NCBI GenBank assembly: GCA_963664405.1
Contig: OY761158.1
Coordinates: forward strand, 1,312,001-1,376,000
DNA length: 64,000 nucleotides
Origin: Thermoanaerobaculia bacterium
Lineage (GTDB): Bacteria > Acidobacteriota > Thermoanaerobaculia > Multivoradales > Multivoraceae
Direction of reading: 5' to 3'
A program made the translations under genes and the position numbers. Every line of letters begins with the position of its first letter. Positions within the stretch are counted from its first letter, which is position 1. Under the pieces are notes generated by a model, which was given only the letters and a program-made list of their open reading frames with translations, was not told the DNA's origin and ran no database searches. Below are positions 28,443 through 37,673 of the stretch, in pieces.

Positions 28443-29585
28443 CTATGGGGAGCGCCTCACCCGTTGACGATCGGGCTGGGCGAAAGCCACTGTCCAGGTC
28501 AGCGGCACCGACTTGGGCTGGAAGCACTTCTCGTCGTCGCAGGCCTGGTAGTCGAGCCGCGCTGTGAAGCTGAGCGCCTCGACTTTGCTCAACGCATCCT
28601 GGTCCGCCCGCGTCGCCTCCAGAACGACATCCTGTAGCAGCGTGAACGGCCGTTGGTAGGCGGGGACTCGTTCGTCCAGCGGGACGAAGTGGTAGATCTC
28701 GGATTCTGGGTATTCGAGCTCGGCGAACCGGTAGTGAGGGCCCTCCGCGAAGGTCAGACGCGTCACCTTGTAGCCGAAAGCCTCTGCACCTGGGGCGTAG
28801 AGGTGCATGCCGGGCTTGGGCTTGATCTCCAACGCGAGCGTGAAGAGATTGCCGACGGTGATCTCGGGATTGCTCTGAGTTGCACGGAAGGTCAGATGGC
28901 CGGTGTCACCCTCGACGCCAGCGACCGCTTCGGCTCCCGCCCCCATCCGCATCAGGATGCGCGACGTCGTCGTCCGTTCGCGGTAGAACTCCTCGAAGAA
29001 GCGAGCGGTCACCAAGCCCTTGGCATCGACCATGAACGTGCCGGGGTGAGGTGTACCGACCATTACCGGTAAGGCACCGGATTCCCTCACATAAGTCGAG
29101 GCGTCTCTACGCACCGCGGGATCGTCCTTGTTCGCGCCGAGCGCTTCGTCGGCGACCGTATTCAGGATGCCGAAGGCCTTGATTGCCGCCGAGTCCTGGT
29201 CGGAGAGGAGTGGAAAGGTGATGCCGTGACGCCGAGCGAAGGCGGCGAGCACCTCAACCGAGTCATAGCTGATCGCCGCCGCTCCCAGTCCTTCCGCTTC
29301 GAGCTCTTCGAGTTGATCCTGCAGCTCCACGAGCTGCGCCTTGCAATACGGTCACCAGTCGGCCGAACGATGAAATATCAGGATCGCCCCTTGGGGGCCC
29401 ACGATGTCTTCGAGCGTCCGATCGACGCCGTTCTGGTCCGGCAGGCGAAACTGGGGAACGGGCTCGCCCACCTGCGGGCCGAGAGCATCGACATCGATCG
29501 CTGGGCGAGGCGCCTGTGCCAAGGTGGCCACGCTCAGCAGAACCGGCACGAGTAGGGCGGCGGCTCGACTTACGGCTCTTCCCAT
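28443..29585 (-). CDS. Selenoprotein: secreted AhpC/TSA (peroxiredoxin-like) domain with UxxC fused to a DsbD N-terminal-like domain
   Basis: The 77-aa and 295-aa ORFs are in one frame joined by TGA (29352-29354), reading SADW-U-PYC-KAQLVELQ; C-terminal YQACDDEKC. Confidence 0.85.
29321..29337 (-). promoter_or_regulatory. Putative bacterial SECIS hairpin
   Basis: GCAGCTC-GTG-GAGCTGC, a perfect 7-bp stem starting 14 nt after the UGA, loop beginning with G. Confidence 0.7.
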
Positions 29586-29883
29586 GGGCTTCGTTTTCTC
29601 GAGTGTGATTCAGCCGCATCGGCCGATAGAGACTGTACCAGAGCCTCTTGCCGCCGGCCGCCCAATGAGCACCGCCGCGGCTTGCTAGTACACGCGGCAA
29701 CAGATACGGCAACGTTTGGAGCAACTCTGCATCCTCTCCAGCGGCGTTGCGCTCCCTGCGACGTATTCCCAGATACGCCTCAGTCGCGCGCCTTGCTGGG
29801 CGAGGCGCACAGTCGCTCGAAACGTAACCGTATCTATTACCGCGTGTACTAGACTGGCGAGCCGCAGACCAAGGAGGCTCGAC

Positions 29884-30894
29884 ATGGCAGAATTCTGGCA
29901 GCTCACGTTCCCGACGCCTGGTAATAGCGAAAACGTAGCCCGCCGCGCCGAAGAGAGCGGCTGGGACGGGCAGTACTTTGCCGACACCCAGTGTCTTTCA
30001 GGCGACATCTACAGCGCGATGTGCCTGGCCGCGAGAGCGACCACACGCCTCAAGGTCGGCACCTCGGTGACCAACCCCGTCACCCGACACCCGGCAGTAA
30101 CGGCTTCGGCGATAGCGACCGTGCAGGTCGAATCGGGCGGTCGAGCGGTACTAGGAATCGGTCGCGGCGATTCCTCGCTGGGGTATTTGGGGCAGAAACC
30201 GGCATCGTGGAGAACCCTGGAGACCTACCTCGACCAGCTGCAACGCTATTTACGCGGCGACGCGGTCGATCTCGACGGATACGCCAGTCGCAACATGTGG
30301 ATCCAGTCGAGCGGCCAACCGAAGGTGCCCGTCGACGTGGCAGCGACCGGGCCTCGCGTGATCTCCCTCGGTGCCCGCCTGGCCGAGCGCGTGACCTTTG
30401 CGCTCGGCGCCGACGCGCCGAGAATCCGCGCCGCCATCGAAGCGGCCAGGTCCGCACGCGAGTCGGCAGGGCTCGATCCAGGCGACCTCTCTTTCGGTGC
30501 CTACGTCAACGTCGCTTGTCACGATGACGTTGCCCAGGGCCGACAGATCGTCAAGGGCGCGGTCGGCAGCTTCGCCCACTTCACCGGAATGTCCGACCTG
30601 AATTCACAGGGATTGGAGGACGCCGAGATCTTCCAGCACATCGGCGCAAACTACGACATGGCCAATCACGGGAGCGGCGCCGGCAGTCACATGAAGACTG
30701 TCCCGGACGACTTCATCAGCCGATTCGCCGTCGTCGGCCCTGCCTCCTACTGTGTCGACCGGCTCGGCGAGCTCCTTGCTCTCGGCCTCGATCGGCTTGT
30801 GCTCTTGACCGGATCGCGAGACGCCGATCCCGAGCAAATCGTCGCCAGCGTCGACCGGCTCGGCAGCGAGGTGCTGCCGCAGCTCCGGAAGTGA
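29884..30894 (+). CDS. LLM-class flavin/F420-dependent oxidoreductase (Mer-like)
   Basis: ATG after AGGAGG; ADTQ, VTNPVTRHPAVTA, LGIGRGDS, AATGPR. Confidence 0.87.
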   Translation: MAEFWQLTFPTPGNSENVARRAEESGWDGQYFADTQCLSGDIYSAMCLAARATTRLKVGTSVTNPVTRHPAVTASAIATVQVESGGRAVLGIGRGDSSLGYLGQKPASWRTLETYLDQLQRYLRGDAVDLDGYASRNMWIQSSGQPKVPVDVAATGPRVISLGARLAERVTFALGADAPRIRAAIEAARSARESAGLDPGDLSFGAYVNVACHDDVAQGRQIVKGAVGSFAHFTGMSDLNSQGLEDAEIFQHIGANYDMANHGSGAGSHMKTVPDDFISRFAVVGPASYCVDRLGELLALGLDRLVLLTGSRDADPEQIVASVDRLGSEVLPQLRK

Positions 30895-30969
30895 TAACTA
30901 TCACTTCCGGAGGCTGCCGAACATGGCGCCGCGGACGGCGCACTCAGGCCTTGCTAGTCGCTTCGGGAA
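30881..30969 (+). repeat. Composite palindromic (REP-like) element, copy B
   Basis: CTCCGGAAGTGAT-N4-ATCACTTCCGGAG, TGGCGCCGCGGACGGCGCAC, TCGCTTCGGGAA. Confidence 0.8.
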
Positions 30970-31014
30970 ACGTTGCGGGCTGATTCTCAGGATCGCGGGG
31001 TCCGCCAACACGAG

Positions 31015-32646
31015 TTACGGCTGTTCCATATGAGGATAGGCGTAGTCGGTGGGCGGGGCCAGGTTCTCCTTGATCGCCCGCGCCGAAGTCCAGCGTAGGA
31101 GATTCATCATCGAGCCGGCCTTGTCGTTGGTGCCCGACGCCCTGGCGCCGCCGAACGGCTGCTGACCGACCACCGCGCCGGTGGGCTTGTCGTTGATATA
31201 GAAGTTGCCCGCGGCGAAACGAAGGGCCTGCGACACCTGGGCGATCGCTTGTCGATCGTTGGCGAAAACCGCGCCGGTGAGGGCGTAGGGGCTGGTGCGA
31301 TTGCAGACTTCGAGAGTTTCCTCGAGCTCTTGGTCCGGATATACGAAGATCGTCAGCAAAGGACCGAAGATCTCATCTTGCATGAGACGGCTCTGCGGAT
31401 CTCGACTCTCGACCACCGTCGGCTCGATGAACCAGCCCACTTCCTCGTCGCAACCGCCGCCGCAAACGACCTCGTAGTCGGGCTCGCTCTTCGCCTCGTC
31501 GATGGCGGTAGAGATGGTGCGAAAGGACGCCTCGTCGATGACAGCAGCCAGGAAGTTACGGAAGTCCAGCGGTGAGCCCATCGCCAACTCGGCCACCTGC
31601 TCGCTGAGGAGGGCCCTGACCGCGGGCCACAGAGACGTAGGGATATAGGCGCGCGACGAAGCCGAGCACTTCTGGCCCTGATACTCGAAAGATCCACGGA
31701 CGAGGGCGGCGACCAGAGAAGGAACGTCCGCCGAAGGATGGGCGAAAACGAAGTCCTTGCCCCCGGTCTCCCCCACCACCCGAGGGTAGCCGCGGTAGTT
31801 GGCTACGTTTTCTCCGACGGTGCGCCAGAGGTGCTGAAAGGTGGGGGTGGAACCGGTGAAGTGAATGCCGGCCAGTTCAGGGCTGAGAGTGGCGGGCGTG
31901 CCGACATCGCCTCCGCTACCCGGCACGAAATTGACGACGCCGTCGGGAAGGCCCGCTTCCTGCAGAACCTTCATCAGGTAGTAGTTCGACAGCACGCTGG
32001 TCGACGCCGGCTTCCACAACACCGTGTTGCCCATCATCGCGGGGGCGGTCGGCAGATTGCCGGCAATCGAGGTGAAATTGAAAGGAGAGACGGCGAAGAC
32101 GAACCCCTCCAGAGGTCGGTAGTCCGAGTAGTTCCAGACCCCTGCGGACGAAGTGGGCTGATCCTCGTAGATGGACTTCATGAAAGAGACGTTCCAGCGC
32201 CAGAAGTCGATCAACTCGCAGGCGGAGTCGATCTCGGCTTGGTACACCGTCTTCGACTGGCCGAGCATGGTGGCGGCATTCACGGTGTCCCGCCACGGCC
32301 CCGCGAGTAGCTCCGCAGCACGGAGAAACACAGAGGCACGGTCCTGCCACGCCATCGCCGACCACTCTTGCCAGGCGTCTCCGGCAGCAGCGATCGCGGC
32401 TTCGACCTCGGCCTCTCCCATGCGGTGGTAGGTGCCCAGGCTGGCGTCGTGTTGGTGGGGACAGGCGAGCTTTCCGAGTCTCCCTGTTCTCACTTCCTTC
32501 CCGCCGATCACCGCGGGGACCTCGACTTCCTCGCGGAGCATCTCGTCGAGACGTTGCTTGATGCGCTGTCGCTCCCCGCTGCCGGGAGCATAGTTCTTCA
32601 CCGCCTCGTTATGCGGCGAAGGGACCGTGGGAAAGCCATTCAACAT
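31015..32646 (-). CDS. pruA: L-glutamate gamma-semialdehyde (P5C) dehydrogenase
   Basis: SPFNFTSIAGNL, FTGST, GETGGKDF, YQGQKCSA, GNFYINDKPTGA. Confidence 0.93.
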   Translation of the reverse strand: MLNGFPTVPSPHNEAVKNYAPGSGERQRIKQRLDEMLREEVEVPAVIGGKEVRTGRLGKLACPHQHDASLGTYHRMGEAEVEAAIAAAGDAWQEWSAMAWQDRASVFLRAAELLAGPWRDTVNAATMLGQSKTVYQAEIDSACELIDFWRWNVSFMKSIYEDQPTSSAGVWNYSDYRPLEGFVFAVSPFNFTSIAGNLPTAPAMMGNTVLWKPASTSVLSNYYLMKVLQEAGLPDGVVNFVPGSGGDVGTPATLSPELAGIHFTGSTPTFQHLWRTVGENVANYRGYPRVVGETGGKDFVFAHPSADVPSLVAALVRGSFEYQGQKCSASSRAYIPTSLWPAVRALLSEQVAELAMGSPLDFRNFLAAVIDEASFRTISTAIDEAKSEPDYEVVCGGGCDEEVGWFIEPTVVESRDPQSRLMQDEIFGPLLTIFVYPDQELEETLEVCNRTSPYALTGAVFANDRQAIAQVSQALRFAAGNFYINDKPTGAVVGQQPFGGARASGTNDKAGSMMNLLRWTSARAIKENLAPPTDYAYPHMEQP

Positions 32647-32789
32647 CTGGTATCTCCGTATCGGTTGCGATCGCTGTGGGCGCCGATCCTATCTTGGCTG
32701 GACCCAACGATCAGCCCGACGAATTAGGCGTTCCCGAGGCTAGGTGAGCAGTTCTCAGGGAGGAGAGACCACAGAAGGGGCCGAAGGCT

Positions 32790-32897
32790 CATGCGCCGCT
32801 TCCCGGAGCGAATAGGAAGCAACGCCCTAGTGCGCCGTCCTCGGCGCCAAGAAAACAACTAGGCGGAGCAAATGATATTTATCATTTGTGTAGCCTA
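32790..32897 (-). repeat. Composite palindromic (REP-like) element, copy C
   Basis: On the minus strand: CAAATGAT-N4-ATCATTTG, TGGCGCCGAGGACGGCGCAC, TTGCTTCCTATTCGCTCCGGGAAG. Confidence 0.8.
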
Positions 32898-33902
32898 GCC
32901 CGACGAGACCTGCACGATGCGCGTCCCCACATTGCCTCCGGCGAGCAGGTCGACAAAGGCGCGTGGCGCTTCCTCCAGCCCCTGGATCTCGTCTTGGAGG
33001 GCAACCAGTTCCCCGCTGGCGATCCAGGCTCCGATCTGCTCCCGTGCCTCTGCGTAACGCTTGGCGTAATCGAAGATCAGGAACCCTTCCATTCGCAGCC
33101 GCTTATTGATGAGCAGGCCCGGCACCCCGCGCGGCCCAGGGCTGGGGGTCGCGGTGTCGTACTGCGAGACCACGCCGCAGCAGACAATGCGCCCGCCGAT
33201 CTTCATACCGAAGAGCGCGGAGCCCAGGATATCTCCCCCGGTATTGTCGAAGTAGATATCTATTCCGTCTCCGCACGCCGCCTTGAACAGCTTTCGGAAA
33301 TCCGCCTCTTTGTAGTTGACGGCGGCATCGAAGCCGAGCTGGTCGATCAGCAGATCGCACTTGCGCTGCGAGCCTGCCACTCCGACGACTCGGCAACCTT
33401 GGATACGGGCGATCTGACCGACGACATGACCGACTGATCCGGCCGCCGCGGACACCACGACCGTCTCCCCTTCTCTTGGCTCGCCCACATCGAGTAGACC
33501 GAAGTAGGCGGTAAGGCCGTTGGTGCCCAGGGCACCGAGGTAAAGGGCGGGGTCACCGTCGGCAGGAATCCGCTCCAGCTGTCTGGCGGGGTGAGACGAG
33601 TAGTCCTGCCAGCCGGCGCGGCAGATGACAAGATCGCCTTGCGCGAAGGCCGCATCGTTCGACTTCTCCACTCGGGCCACCGCCATCCCGGGCATCACGA
33701 TGCCGGCTGCGGGAGCCCCGGCGTAGCTGGCACTCCCTTGCAGAGCGGCGCGAGTCCCGGCGGCGATGGAAAGAGCCAGAGTACGACACAGCACCTCCCG
33801 GTCGCCCGGCTCCGGCACCGCCTCCGTCTCCAACCGATAGTGACTCTCGGAGAGGGCTCCCTGCGGCAGCTCGGCAATGACGATCTTTCGGTTCTCAGTC
33901 AA
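32895..33902 (-). CDS. NADP-dependent alkenal/one oxidoreductase (CurA/PTGR, MDR family)
   Basis: GLTAYFGL, VSAAAGSVG, YFDNTGG, CGVVSQY; TTG start after AGGAG. Confidence 0.9.
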   Translation of the reverse strand: MTENRKIVIAELPQGALSESHYRLETEAVPEPGDREVLCRTLALSIAAGTRAALQGSASYAGAPAAGIVMPGMAVARVEKSNDAAFAQGDLVICRAGWQDYSSHPARQLERIPADGDPALYLGALGTNGLTAYFGLLDVGEPREGETVVVSAAAGSVGHVVGQIARIQGCRVVGVAGSQRKCDLLIDQLGFDAAVNYKEADFRKLFKAACGDGIDIYFDNTGGDILGSALFGMKIGGRIVCCGVVSQYDTATPSPGPRGVPGLLINKRLRMEGFLIFDYAKRYAEAREQIGAWIASGELVALQDEIQGLEEAPRAFVDLLAGGNVGTRIVQVSSG

Positions 33903-34165
33903 TTGGTGTCTCCTGTCCGTTTCGAGGCGATTCCTCTCCGACCGCTTATGCTACCTGGCCTATCCCGACGATCACGACACGATCGCAGATGCCGCGGGGC
34001 GGGTTGTCGCGAGGGGGGAAGAAAACTTCGGACGACGACTGGAAGCCGATCTGGATCGACGAGCGTGCGGCCCCCGAGAATCGTCGTCCGCCGCGGGCGA
34101 GGAGCAGCTCGAGAGCTGTGCGAAGGCAACAACGACGAGAACGGCGATCGGCGCCGATCTCGCGA

Positions 34166-34807
34166 TCAAGACCCGGATCCGGTGGCGGCCGCCGGCAGGA
34201 ACTGGGTGACCAGATGGCGCCTGCGCTCTTGGAGGGGACGCGTCGATCCCCCCTCGATTTTCATTCGCAGTAGCGCACCCTCCCACACGTCGAGAAGAAA
34301 ATCGGCAAGCTCGGCCGCGGGCAGGTCGCTGCGGATCGAGCCCCCGGTCTGACCGCGCCCGAAGAGCTCGGCAAGTGGCCCTCGCCACGATTCGTAACCG
34401 GCTCGCAGAGCGTCTCGAAGGGGAGGGCTGGTGGTGGCGACTTCTCCGCCGAGGTTGGCGAGAAGACAGCCGCGCCGGGCCGCCAACCCCTCCTGCAGAA
34501 GAATCAGCTCTTCGAGAGCTCCGTCCAGCGCTTCGAGAGCGCTCGCCCCGTCCACTGTGCGGAATCTGTCAGCGAGCTCACCGTGGATCGCCGCCGAATA
34601 GCTCTCGATGCTCTGAATCGCGAGATCTTCCTTGCTCTTGAAGTGGTTATAGAAAGAGCCCTTCGGCATCTCCGCGGCATCAACGATGTGCTGGACGCCG
34701 GAAGCGTGGTAGCCCTTCTCGAAGAACGCCGCCAGGCCCTCGCGCAGGAGCCTCTGACGGGTACTGACGCCGGCCTTTGAGCCCACACTCTCACTCCTCA
34801 CACTCAT
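34166..34807 (-). CDS. TetR/AcrR family regulator (NemR/ComR-like)
   Basis: GYHASGVQHIVDAAEMPKGSFYNHFKSKEDL HTH; GCLLANL; ATG overlaps the upstream stop (ATGA). Confidence 0.9.
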   Translation of the reverse strand: MSVRSESVGSKAGVSTRQRLLREGLAAFFEKGYHASGVQHIVDAAEMPKGSFYNHFKSKEDLAIQSIESYSAAIHGELADRFRTVDGASALEALDGALEELILLQEGLAARRGCLLANLGGEVATTSPPLRDALRAGYESWRGPLAELFGRGQTGGSIRSDLPAAELADFLLDVWEGALLRMKIEGGSTRPLQERRRHLVTQFLPAAATGSGS

Positions 34808-35907
34808 ACAAGCACCGCTCCCGCCGGGTCGAAGCGTTGGATACCGATGACATCCGCGGTCTCCATCCTCAGCTCGCTGTTGACCGGATCGAGCGGAATA
34901 CCGGTGGCGTCCGCGACCCGCACATTGCACCAGAAGATCGCGACGATGGCGGCGGCATCACCTAAGGCCTCTGGCCCCATCTGACCGGATATCTCGAGCC
35001 GCACCCGGTCGAGATCCTCGACTGAATCGCCCATTGCGGCATCGGCGAGTGCCAGCAGCAAGTCGCCGTGGCGCACTCCTCCTTCGCCTTCGGCTCGACC
35101 CGCCACCTTCTCGAGGTCGACCTCTTCTCCGGCGTCGAGGCTGCTCACCCGGAGCAGCGCACCATGGGCCGTGGTTCAGTAAAAGCAATCGTGGAGATAG
35201 GAGACCCGAGCCGCCAGGAACTCGAGCTGCATGCGATCGAGAGCCCGGCCGGCGTTGTCGCCCGGGCGCCGCATCGCTTCGAGAGGAAGGTAGTGGCTGA
35301 TCTCCATCCGCACCAGGTTTCTCATCTCGTCAGGCACCAAGCTGAGTGCCTGGCGCACGTAAGGAGTGATCGGATTGCCGTCATAAACGGTGTCGAGAGC
35401 GAGCTCCGGAGGAACCAAGGGGACCCAGGCGACGTCCTTGCGAGCCTCTTCGGGGCTGGTGCGCGTAGGCTCCCCTGATTCTGGAGCCGGGAGCTCTGGT
35501 ACAGGCAGGCCGAGAGTGCGATAGAAGACGTCGACACAAAGGCTGGTCACGAGCACTCCGACGAGCTCGATGTAGGGGCCGTCCTCGAGACCTTCGTCGC
35601 GAAGCCCGTCGAGCCATTGCTGAGTGAGTCGCCCAGGGTCGGTGACGATGCGATGAATGGCGTCGACGTAGGGAGCCGGCAACAAGCCCGATTCGAGGTG
35701 ACGGCCCGGGCCTCCGAAAGGAGAGAGAGCCTGCTTGCGCTCCTGGCAGAGCGAGCAGGAGCGGGCCTTTCGCGCCTCGCCCACGATCGCCACCCTGGCC
35801 GCCGCCGACCACCAGCTTCCAGCTCGAGAGAGCCGCTCCCAGGCAATTTCTTGCGTCTCTGTCAACTCCGGGCGGACGGGGACCGGGAGGGAAGAGTTAT
35901 CGAGCAT
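34804..35907 (-). CDS. Selenoprotein: AhpD/carboxymuconolactone-decarboxylase-like alkylhydroperoxidase with CxxU
   Basis: ORFs 35176-35973 and 34804-35148 are in one frame across TGA (35176-35178), reading HDCFY-U-TTAHGALLR, matching AhpD CxxCxxxH; ATG at 35907 after GGAAGGA. Confidence 0.82.
35140..35158 (-). promoter_or_regulatory. Putative bacterial SECIS hairpin
   Basis: GCTGCTC-CGGGT-GAGCAGC, a perfect 7-bp stem starting 17 nt after the UGA. Confidence 0.68.
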
Positions 35908-36016
35908 AGATCCTTCCAATTCGGCAATATGACCGGTCGTCTCATGGTACGCTCCGAGGCACGCTAGCGTCAAGCAAGGTGCGGCCAGGCCCGTCCGGTG
36001 AACTGAGACAGAGGGA

Positions 36017-36955
36017 GTGACAGTGACCGACTACCAACACATCCGCTACGAGGTCGCCGGCACGACGGCCCTGCTCGTCCTCATGCTCGTCGCCGGCCCC
36101 GAACCAGCGGGAGCACAGCGAAACTCTGTGGCGTCTCACCTCCTGGTCGCCGCAGACTTGCCGTATGTAGAGGCCGGCGACCCCAAACTGCAGAGTCTCG
36201 ACATCTACGCGCCACCCGACTCCGAGAGCCTGCCGGTCCTCGTCTACGTTCACGGCGGTGCGCTCTACGAGGGAGACAAGACACGGGTCGGCGAGAAGCC
36301 GGCCTTCTTCTGCAACCGTGGCTGGGTGCTCGTTTCCGTCAACTATCGACTCTCCCCCGCCGTGCGCCACCCGGACCACCTCACCGACACTGCCGCCGCA
36401 ATCGCGTGGATAGCGCGAAACATCGCGGCTTACGGCGGCGACCCCGATCGCATCGCTCTCGTCGGCCACTCCGCGGGGGCATTCCTAGGCGCTCTCCTCG
36501 CCGTCGATCATCGACGTCACCAAGCGCATGGGCTCGGTCTCGACACTCTCAAGGCGGTGGTGCTCCTCGACGGCGTCGAGTACTCGCTGGACGAACGCTT
36601 TCGAGAGCTCTCGCCGGGCCTGTCGCCCGAGGTGATCGCCGAGATCTACGGCAAGTTCGGCTCCGAGCCCGAGAGTTGGCGTGACGCGACCGCGATGCGC
36701 CACGTCGCGCCGGACAAGGGCATCCCGCCAATTCTCCTCGTCGCCGCGGGTGTCCAGTTCCAGCACTGGGTACCGGGACGCGAGCCCAAGATCTTCCTTG
36801 CGGCGCTAAAGGAAGCGGGGGTCGAGGCGGATTATTACCTCGCACCCCAGAAGAACCACGGCCAGGTGAACAGCGATCTGACCAGTGGCGACGCCCTGAG
36901 CCAGAGAGTCCTTTCTTTTCTCGAAGCTCATGTCCGGGCTGCGCCCAGTCCTTGA
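36017..36955 (+). CDS. Alpha/beta hydrolase (carboxylesterase, HSL/BD-FAE-like)
   Basis: LDIYAP, HGGA oxyanion motif, NYRL, GHSAG, NHG. Confidence 0.85.
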   Translation: MTVTDYQHIRYEVAGTTALLVLMLVAGPEPAGAQRNSVASHLLVAADLPYVEAGDPKLQSLDIYAPPDSESLPVLVYVHGGALYEGDKTRVGEKPAFFCNRGWVLVSVNYRLSPAVRHPDHLTDTAAAIAWIARNIAAYGGDPDRIALVGHSAGAFLGALLAVDHRRHQAHGLGLDTLKAVVLLDGVEYSLDERFRELSPGLSPEVIAEIYGKFGSEPESWRDATAMRHVAPDKGIPPILLVAAGVQFQHWVPGREPKIFLAALKEAGVEADYYLAPQKNHGQVNSDLTSGDALSQRVLSFLEAHVRAAPSP

Positions 36956-36991
36956 CTCAGCGGCGAAGAGAGGAGCCTCGAAAACGCGCCC

Positions 36992-37606
36992 TCAAGACGA
37001 TTCTTCGATGCGCCCCAGCGCTGCCGCCACCAGCTCGAGCCGGTCGTTGCCGAAGTACATGTCGTCGCCGATGAACATGGTGGGCGAGCCGAACCCCCCG
37101 CGCGCCATCAACTCCTCGGTATTCGCCCGCAGCCGATCCTTGATGTCCTGGGACCGTCGGCGCTCGGCAAGCCAAAGCGGGTCGAGCCCTACTTCCACTG
37201 CGAGCTCGTCGAGAACACTCGGCTGGGAGATGTCTTGATCCTTGCCCCAGTAGGCGGCGAAGCAGGCGGTCGCGAGCTCGTGCAGCTTACCCCTCTCGTT
37301 CGCCGCGATGATGCCGCGCAAGGCTTCGACGGAGCGCACCGGAAAGACCGTCGGATCGATCATCTCGATCCCCGCCAGGCGCGCCCAGTCCTTCACATCC
37401 TTGTCGTAGTAGCGTTTCTTGATCGGATTAGGATTGGCGCGGGACTCGTACACCTCCTGATTAATGGCATTGAAGACCCCACCGACCAAGATGGGAAAGG
37501 AGACGATCTCGGTGTCGAGCCGGGCCGCCAGGGGATGAAGACGGGTGTAGCAGAGATAGGTCCAGGGACTCGAGACGTCGAAATACAGGTCGATCTTCTT
37601 CATCAC
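36992..37606 (-). CDS. 2-hydroxychromene-2-carboxylate isomerase / kappa-GST (DsbA fold)
   Basis: YFDVSSPWTY, GGFGSPTMF, YFGNDRL. Confidence 0.9.
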   Translation of the reverse strand: MMKKIDLYFDVSSPWTYLCYTRLHPLAARLDTEIVSFPILVGGVFNAINQEVYESRANPNPIKKRYYDKDVKDWARLAGIEMIDPTVFPVRSVEALRGIIAANERGKLHELATACFAAYWGKDQDISQPSVLDELAVEVGLDPLWLAERRRSQDIKDRLRANTEELMARGGFGSPTMFIGDDMYFGNDRLELVAAALGRIEESS

Positions 37607-37673
37607 TGGTCTCCCAACGAAGCTGGTGTCCTGTTTCGCAATACGCTGTCGCTAAGCTAGAGGTCATCCTACG

